From Candidatus Woesearchaeota archaeon (GTDB lineage: Archaea > Nanobdellota > Nanobdellia > Pacearchaeales > GW2011-AR1), in assembly GCA_964576755.1 (NCBI GenBank), contig CAZNUV010000001.1, forward strand, positions 40,883 through 104,882: a stretch of DNA of 64,000 bases, written 5' to 3'. Shown here piece after piece: positions 57,665-64,000 of the stretch. Position 1 is the first letter of the stretch. Each line of letters begins with the position of its first letter. A program made the position numbers and the translations under genes. Below the pieces are notes generated by a model. The model saw nothing but the letters and a program-made list of their open reading frames with translations. It was not told the origin of the DNA and did no database searches.

Positions 57665-59209
57665 CTAAACATGATATCTTATCTTATCATACCAAACTTT
57701 AAATGAAACTGGTAAACTTCTATAGATTGGTTTAATAATTTTTTCTCTAACTAAATCAAAAATAGATAAAAGTCTTGTCGCAAAAATTGCAAGAGTTGGA
57801 TTTTTCAGGTTTCTTTTAACTCTCTCTGGTTTTAGAAGAAAATTAATCATCCAGTTAGGCATTAAACCAAATCTTTTATTTGTTACAGGTCCTCTCATTA
57901 GGTTTAAAATTAAAACTAAATAAATATTTTTTCTTTTCAGTAATATGTGTTTTCCTCTATCCCAATAATTCAGTTGAGCAGCAGTATCTTTTTCAGATTT
58001 TATTAATCCATCTTTTAAAGCACGGTCATAAAGCTTAGTTCCGGGGAAAAATACAAGATTATTTACAGACAGATAATAAGGTTTAGAAATCTTTTGAAGA
58101 AGTCTTATCATAGCAATTATATCTTGAGGTTTTTCATAAGGATTACAAGTTATAACATCATACATTACTGCTAATCTGTCTTTATAATTGCTAAGGATTT
58201 TACTTGCATTTAAAACATTCATATCTGTTTGATTCCTATGATATATTTCATGATTTGTTCTTTCTGCTCCTTGAATTCCAACGATTAAATCAGTACATCC
58301 TGCATTTACTAAAAGATCTATTTTTTCTTGAGAAATTGTTTTTGGGTCTCCCAAACATTTAAACCTAAGTTTTACTTTTTCTTTATATAACTCACAGAAT
58401 TCTTTTATTTGACTTAATGGTCTTAAAGAAAATGTGTCATCCCTAATATCAAAATAGCTTAAACTAGGAAATTTCTTTTTCATTTCTAAAATTCCTTTAA
58501 TAATATATTCTGGAGAATGCCATCTTAAAATTTGTTTACATTTACCTTTATAGAGCTCATTAAAAAAACTATTACTACAATAATCACAACCATAAGGACA
58601 ACCACGACCAGTTAAAAAGAATATTCCTCCTGCAAGATCCTTTTCTTGGAATTTTCTTAAATTTCCATTATCCAAGATATAATTTGTTTTAGTATCATAA
58701 TCTGGCAAAGGTAATAAATCTAGATTATCAATTGTTGGTCTAACTGGATTTTTTATAACCTCTCCGGATTTTTTATCTCTTATCCAAAGATTTTTTATCT
58801 TGTTTATTGGTTTATTTTTTTCTAAGGCATTAACTAGTTCTAAAATAGTTTCTTCTCCCTCTCCAACACAAACTAAATCTGTCTGTTTTATACAATCTTC
58901 AGGAGAAATTGTTGCGTGAACTCCTCCATAGACAATTGGAATTTCTGGAATTTTTGATTTAAGAAAAGCTATAATCCTATTTGCCCTTTTTGAAGTAGAA
59001 GCATAAGAACTTATTCCGATTACATCACTTTTATAACATATTTTTAAAAGTTTAGATAACTCTGAGATAGTATAATTTCTAGAATAATCTTCTGAAAGAG
59101 TCATAAAGACTAATTTAACATTATGGCCTGGTTTTTTTAAAACTGCAGAAATTGTTCTTATTCCTTGGTCTGAAGGAAAACATGCAGTAGAAATTAAGGT
59201 AATTTTCAT
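57665..59209 (-). CDS. Cobalamin-binding radical SAM protein
   Basis: GGVHAT, GEGE, GRGCPYGCDYC, FPGT. Confidence 0.9.
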   Translation of the reverse strand: MKITLISTACFPSDQGIRTISAVLKKPGHNVKLVFMTLSEDYSRNYTISELSKLLKICYKSDVIGISSYASTSKRANRIIAFLKSKIPEIPIVYGGVHATISPEDCIKQTDLVCVGEGEETILELVNALEKNKPINKIKNLWIRDKKSGEVIKNPVRPTIDNLDLLPLPDYDTKTNYILDNGNLRKFQEKDLAGGIFFLTGRGCPYGCDYCSNSFFNELYKGKCKQILRWHSPEYIIKGILEMKKKFPSLSYFDIRDDTFSLRPLSQIKEFCELYKEKVKLRFKCLGDPKTISQEKIDLLVNAGCTDLIVGIQGAERTNHEIYHRNQTDMNVLNASKILSNYKDRLAVMYDVITCNPYEKPQDIIAMIRLLQKISKPYYLSVNNLVFFPGTKLYDRALKDGLIKSEKDTAAQLNYWDRGKHILLKRKNIYLVLILNLMRGPVTNKRFGLMPNWMINFLLKPERVKRNLKNPTLAIFATRLLSIFDLVREKIIKPIYRSLPVSFKVWYDKIRYHV

Positions 59210-60360
59210 TTTTTTGTAGATTTTATTAATTTTTTATATTCTTCTAAATATCGTTTAGAAATATTATTCCATTTGAATTTTTTAGCTCTTTCAAGATTGG
59301 ACTTAGATATTTTTTTAGCGAGTTTAGGATTATCAATAATTTTTATTATGTTCTCTTCCATTTTTTTTATATCTCCATATTCAGAAAAAAGCCCGTTTTC
59401 AGGTTCTTTTATTTCATAAGGGATACCATTAACTGGGCATGCAACTATTGGAAGCCCAGATGCCATTGCTTCAAATAATGTTAAAGGTAAACCTTCTCTA
59501 TAACTTGGAAGGGCATAAATATCAGCAGATTGATACATTTCAGCTATTTTATCTTTACCTTTCATATAGCCTAGGTATTGCATATTTTTATATGGCTTAA
59601 TTAATTTTTTGACTTCTTCTGCTTTTCCTTCATCTGGACCAACCCAGATAAATGCAATATCTTTTCTTTTCTTTGTAATATTTATAGCTACTTGAGCTAA
59701 TTTTTCTGGTCCTTTTGTAGGGTTTAACCTTCCAAAGAATAAAACTAGATATTTTTCTTTTATGTTATATTTTTTTCTGAAATTGTTGTTTTTTATTTTT
59801 TCAAACAATATTTCATCAACCCCATTAGGAATAACCTGGATTTTTTTATTATTAACAAATTTTTTTAAAATAGGTAATTCCCAGGGAGTTATGGCAATTA
59901 CTCTATCAATAAGTCTAAATGCAAATTTGTTCAGAAAAATATCATTTAAAAATAAAAACAAATGTAAACTTTTTGGTCTGAATTCTTTTCCTGTCCAAGG
60001 ACAATGAGTAGTATGAATATATTCGATATTCTTAAATTTGGCTAAAAGTCCTGCAAAGAGAATATAATCATGTCCAGAAACATGGCTATGAATTACATCA
60101 AAATCCCCTTTAAATCTCCATAAGAGAGATGGCCAGAAAAATGTATTAAAAGAAAATCTAAACCAGTAGGGCAGCCTATGAACATGAACGCCTTCAATAG
60201 TTTCTTCTTTAAGTTTAATACGGGAATTTTTATCAGAATCACAGCAAAAAACATGTACCTCATGACCTTGTTTAACTTGCCTTGTTGCCAATTCATAGAT
60301 CATTTGTTCAACCCCACCGATTGTTGGAAGATAAAACATGCTAATATGGGCTATTTTCAT
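59206..60360 (-). CDS. Glycosyltransferase family 4
   Basis: GGVE, IPNGVD, FGRL...KG, PSYREGLPLTLFEAMASG. Confidence 0.93.
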   Translation of the reverse strand: MKIAHISMFYLPTIGGVEQMIYELATRQVKQGHEVHVFCCDSDKNSRIKLKEETIEGVHVHRLPYWFRFSFNTFFWPSLLWRFKGDFDVIHSHVSGHDYILFAGLLAKFKNIEYIHTTHCPWTGKEFRPKSLHLFLFLNDIFLNKFAFRLIDRVIAITPWELPILKKFVNNKKIQVIPNGVDEILFEKIKNNNFRKKYNIKEKYLVLFFGRLNPTKGPEKLAQVAINITKKRKDIAFIWVGPDEGKAEEVKKLIKPYKNMQYLGYMKGKDKIAEMYQSADIYALPSYREGLPLTLFEAMASGLPIVACPVNGIPYEIKEPENGLFSEYGDIKKMEENIIKIIDNPKLAKKISKSNLERAKKFKWNNISKRYLEEYKKLIKSTKK

Positions 60361-60434
60361 AATTTTTAACTAAAAAGAGAGCATATAAATATTGTGGTAA
60401 CAAAATTTATATAGCTAGATTTTTTTCAACAAAG

Positions 60435-61475
60435 ATGAATATTAAGAATTTTTTACAGGAAATAAGGTATTATATTAAATTAGAAGGAGTAAAAAGACCA
60501 TTTTTAAAATTTTTATGGTATCAATCTATTTTTTCAAAATTAGTTAATACTCCTCCTTACAATAAAATCTATGCAAAAAGAATAAAAAAACAAGCAAAAA
60601 GAATAAAACCCGGGATTCTACAGATTGAAACAACAAATGCATGTAATGCTAGATGTTTAATGTGTCCACACAGATTTATGAAACGACCAGTGAAGACTAT
60701 GAGTTTAAATGATTTTCAAAAGGTTTTAGATAATGTTATGAAAAACTATCCAAGTATTAAGAGAGTTACACTAAGTGGATTTGGAGAACCTTTACTAGAC
60801 CCTGGTTTATTCAAAAAAATTGATTATATAAACAAAAAATATCCTAAACTAAAAATAGACCTGTTCACAAATGCAGGATTATTAAATAAAGAACGTGCAG
60901 ATAAATTACTACAAAAAAAACTCGGGAGAGTTACTTTTTCTATAAATGGGGCTGAAAAAGAAGATTATGAAAAAATTATGGGATTAGATTATAATATTGT
61001 AACTAAGAATGTTTCTTATTTTTTGAAACAAAAAAAATTATTAAAAAAAGAATTTTTAGTTAACATTTCTATGATGGTTTTAAAAGAAAATGAGAAAAAA
61101 GCTCAAACATTCATTGAAATGTGGAAACCTCTTACAGACTCTGTTAGGGTTTATTATCCTCAGGATTGGGTAGGGGAATTAAAAGAAAATCTTGGAGAAC
61201 AAAAAATACCTTATGAAAGAAAACAATGGCCTTGTTCTGCTCCTTGGACACATATTGTGATTCATTCTAATGGAGAATTTTTAGCTTGTTGTAGAGATTT
61301 TAATTCTCAATGGGCATTTGGAAACCTGATTAAAGGAGATGATATAAAAAAATTAAGAGAGGGAAAGAAATTCCAAGAATTTTTAAAACAACAGTTGAAA
61401 TCTGATTTTTCTTTTCCTTTATGTAAAAATTGTGATCATGCTTATGATTCTAGTGTAGAGTGGTGGCTTTGGTAA
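60435..61475 (+). CDS. Radical SAM protein with a SPASM/twitch domain
   Basis: CNARCLMC, GFGEPLL; C-terminal CSAPW...ACCRD...GN...CKNC. Confidence 0.9.
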   Translation: MNIKNFLQEIRYYIKLEGVKRPFLKFLWYQSIFSKLVNTPPYNKIYAKRIKKQAKRIKPGILQIETTNACNARCLMCPHRFMKRPVKTMSLNDFQKVLDNVMKNYPSIKRVTLSGFGEPLLDPGLFKKIDYINKKYPKLKIDLFTNAGLLNKERADKLLQKKLGRVTFSINGAEKEDYEKIMGLDYNIVTKNVSYFLKQKKLLKKEFLVNISMMVLKENEKKAQTFIEMWKPLTDSVRVYYPQDWVGELKENLGEQKIPYERKQWPCSAPWTHIVIHSNGEFLACCRDFNSQWAFGNLIKGDDIKKLREGKKFQEFLKQQLKSDFSFPLCKNCDHAYDSSVEWWLW

Positions 61476-62343
61476 GACCATCTTTTGTTCCTTTAATAAA
61501 TGGAGTGATAAGAGAAAAATTCCCTTTTAATAAAAAGTTAGATAACATGAATGGAATATAAAATCCAAAAAGAAAGGTAAAAAAGATAGTTTTTTGGAAA
61601 AAAGAAGAGTTTCTTTTAATAAATAGAACTTTACTTCTCATATAATGGTACATCTTAAAGGGGTTTATTGCCTTTTTATTACAATCATGCCAGGCTTTTG
61701 CTTTAGGTGCATAAATAATCTTATATCCTTTTTTCCGAATCCTATAACACCAATCGGCATCTTCATAAAATAAAAAAAAGTCTTCACTAACTGGACCTAC
61801 TTCTAAAACTATCTTTTTGGTAGTTAATAAAACAGAACCAGGAACTGCATCTACAGAGACTGATTTTTCAAATTGCCCATTATCTATTTTATCAATTCTA
61901 TTTCTGTCTGCCTTACCTGTTTTTAAACTAATTGAAAATCCAATATTATCAATTCTTCTTTTATCACTGTAATAGTATAATTTTGGAAAAACAATTCCAG
62001 AGTGAGAATTAGAAGTAAAAACATTAACTAATTCTTTTAATATATTTTTTTCTAAGATAACATCACTATCTAATCTTAGGACAAATGGCCCTTTTGCACT
62101 TTCAAATCCCTGATTTATAGCCTTAACACACCCTAGATTTTCTTGATTTTCTATAATCTTAACTTTTTTAAATTTCTTTTTTATATCTTCCTTACTTCCA
62201 TCAGTACTGTAATTATCAATAACAATCACATCATAAGAAGGATAATTTAATTTAGATATTGAATCAAGACATCTAATAACTTTTTCACCATCATTCCAAT
62301 TAGGTAAGATTATTGTAACATGTGGAAGTTCCTTGTTTCCCAT
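61450..62343 (-). CDS. Glycosyltransferase family 2 (rhamnosyl/Galf-transferase-like)
   Basis: ILPNWN, IDNYSTDGS, LDSD, FFLFYEDADWC. Confidence 0.9.
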   Translation of the reverse strand: MGNKELPHVTIILPNWNDGEKVIRCLDSISKLNYPSYDVIVIDNYSTDGSKEDIKKKFKKVKIIENQENLGCVKAINQGFESAKGPFVLRLDSDVILEKNILKELVNVFTSNSHSGIVFPKLYYYSDKRRIDNIGFSISLKTGKADRNRIDKIDNGQFEKSVSVDAVPGSVLLTTKKIVLEVGPVSEDFFLFYEDADWCYRIRKKGYKIIYAPKAKAWHDCNKKAINPFKMYHYMRSKVLFIKRNSSFFQKTIFFTFLFGFYIPFMLSNFLLKGNFSLITPFIKGTKDGLTKATTLH

Positions 62344-62452
62344 GTCTTTAGGAACCCCTTAAAGCTTATAAAGATTTCTAGGGAGGATTAATTAATGTAA
62401 TTATAAAGTTACAACCCAAAAGGTTTAAATACCGGATATTATATCGAAAGAT

Positions 62453-63148
62453 ATGAGAAAAGATATTGCAATCGCCACAATAACTTCAGATAAATGTGGA
62501 AATATAGATGTAATCAAACAAGGTTTGGAAACATTAAACAAGAAATTTGATGTTTATGTGGCTGATAGAAATTCTTCTGAAGAATTTTTAGAAGATATAA
62601 GGAATATGGGATGTAAAAGAATTATTGGACCAAATAAAACCCTTCCTGATCAACATAAACAAGTCCTACTTTGTGCTTCAGAAAATAAACCTTATGTTCT
62701 TTATACAGAACCTGATAAAGTTGATTGGTTCAATAATGGTTTAGAAAAATCTATTGAAGAGTTTTTTTTAAGAGAGTTGGATCATGGAGAGGTTTCAAGA
62801 ACTCCTGAACAAATGAAAACATTTCCAGTACCTCAACAGATGACAGAAGGGGTGGTTAACAATTTATTAGGACAAATTACTGGAATTCAAGGAGATTATA
62901 TCTATGGTCCTCAGATTTCTAGTTCAGAAATATTAAAAACCTTAAAAAGTTTACCAAAGGATATTAGTTATCTTGGTTGGGGAACACTTACATATATTCC
63001 TATAAAAGCAAAAGAAAAAGGACTTAGAATTGGGATGATTTATAATGCTAATGAATGCCCTATTAGTCAAAGAAATGAAGATAATGCAGATTATAGAGTA
63101 CAACAGGCTAATGGAAACATAGCAGGGATTTTACTGGGCCTAAAATAA
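62453..63148 (+). CDS. Hypothetical protein, possibly a degenerate GT-A fold
   Basis: VYVADRNS and LYTEPDK segments sit where GT-A D and DxD motifs usually lie; glycan-locus context. Confidence 0.5.
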   Translation: MRKDIAIATITSDKCGNIDVIKQGLETLNKKFDVYVADRNSSEEFLEDIRNMGCKRIIGPNKTLPDQHKQVLLCASENKPYVLYTEPDKVDWFNNGLEKSIEEFFLRELDHGEVSRTPEQMKTFPVPQQMTEGVVNNLLGQITGIQGDYIYGPQISSSEILKTLKSLPKDISYLGWGTLTYIPIKAKEKGLRIGMIYNANECPISQRNEDNADYRVQQANGNIAGILLGLK

Positions 63149-63205
63149 GACCTCTTTCTAATTAATCCCAATAATGTTTATAAAACAAGTCAAATAGATA
63201 AATTT

Positions 63206-64000
63206 ATGGATAAAAAGAAATATGATTATCTAATTGTTGGTGCTGGATGGAGTGGTGCAGTTTTAGCAGAAAGGCTCTCCTCTATTGGAAAAAAAATATT
63301 AGTGATAGACAAGAGAGACCATATTGGAGGAAATTGTTTTGATGTTTTAAACGAAAAGGGGATTTTAATCCATAGATATGGCCCCCATTATTTTAGAACA
63401 AGTTCTTTTAGAATTATGGAATATTTATCTAACTTTACTTCTTGGATTTTACATAGATATAAAGTAAAAGCAAATATTAATGGAAAACTTTATACTCTTC
63501 CGATTAATAGAAACACATTGAATCAATTTTTTGGGATAAATCTAAAAACAGATGAAGAAACAAAAAAATTCCTAGAGTCTAAAAAAGAAAAAATAAAAAT
63601 TCCAAAGAATGCTGAAGAACAAGTTTTAGCTTTAGTTGGAAAAGAAATATATGAATCTTTTTTTAAAAATTATACAATAAAACAGTGGGGAATTCATCCA
63701 AAAAAACTAGACCCTTCAATAACCGCTAGAATTCCTATTAGAACAAATACTAATGATGATTATATCAATGAAATTTTCCAGGGAATGCCTAAAAAGGGAT
63801 ATAATGAAATTTTTAAAAAATTATTAAAAAATGTGGATTTAAAACTAAACACTGATTTTGAAGATATAAAAGACAAGATTGATTATAAAAATATAATTTA
63901 CACGGGTAGGATTGATGAGTTTTTTGGATTTAAATTTGGTAAGTTACCTTATAGAAGTATTAATTTTAAATTTGAGACATATCCTAAGGAATTTTATCAA
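63206..64000 (+). CDS. glf: UDP-galactopyranose mutase (3' end off the window)
   Basis: Not in the ORF track. MDKKKYDYLIVGAGWSG...DKRDHIGGNCFD...HRYGPHYF...YTIKQWG...ARIPIR...FQGMP..GY...YTGRIDEFF..LPYRS. Confidence 0.93.
   Translation, partial: MDKKKYDYLIVGAGWSGAVLAERLSSIGKKILVIDKRDHIGGNCFDVLNEKGILIHRYGPHYFRTSSFRIMEYLSNFTSWILHRYKVKANINGKLYTLPINRNTLNQFFGINLKTDEETKKFLESKKEKIKIPKNAEEQVLALVGKEIYESFFKNYTIKQWGIHPKKLDPSITARIPIRTNTNDDYINEIFQGMPKKGYNEIFKKLLKNVDLKLNTDFEDIKDKIDYKNIIYTGRIDEFFGFKFGKLPYRSINFKFETYPKEFYQ

Noticed and set aside
1413..60369. Many 60-200 aa ORFs antisense to or nested in clear genes (e.g. 1413-1733, 7209-7814, 20850-21260, 27488-28078, 29585-30034)
   Set aside because: They are shadow frames of well-supported genes, with Phe/Ser/Leu-rich composition mirroring Lys/Glu codons and no motifs or promoters.

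Overview
This AT-rich, gene-dense window is archaeal and most consistent with a DPANN (Nanobdellota, probably Pacearchaeota) chromosome. That placement is an inference from the archaeosortase, the AMP phosphorylase/R15P isomerase pair and the divergent archaeal r-proteins. Positions 1-37.5 kb are core genes: an archaeosortase next to an S-layer-like gene, dph2, sepF, prefoldin, rpoP, ftsZ-secE-spt5-uL11, aIF5A, taw1, uL1-uL10-P1, two tRNAs (one with an intron), AMP phosphorylase, the S10/spc r-protein supercluster through secY, RNase HI and R15P isomerase. Positions 37.7-64 kb are a large N-glycosylation/surface-glycan locus. It holds aglB, an aglH-like gene, GT2/GT4/GT9/GT-C transferases, a deacetylase, a flippase-like gene, an epimerase and glf, plus four cobalamin-dependent radical SAM genes and one SPASM/twitch radical SAM gene. 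Top observations: (1) a 64-aa stand-alone paralogue of the aIF5A hypusine domain; (2) the B12-radical-SAM-rich glycan-tailoring cassette; (3) an unannotated 39-aa histone-H1/protamine-like KKKAV-repeat gene; (4) candidate structured leaders upstream of uL3 and uL1; (5) a possible stand-alone CARF-like protein. No CRISPR array, rRNA or mobile element was seen. All calls come from motif recognition by eye; no searches were run.
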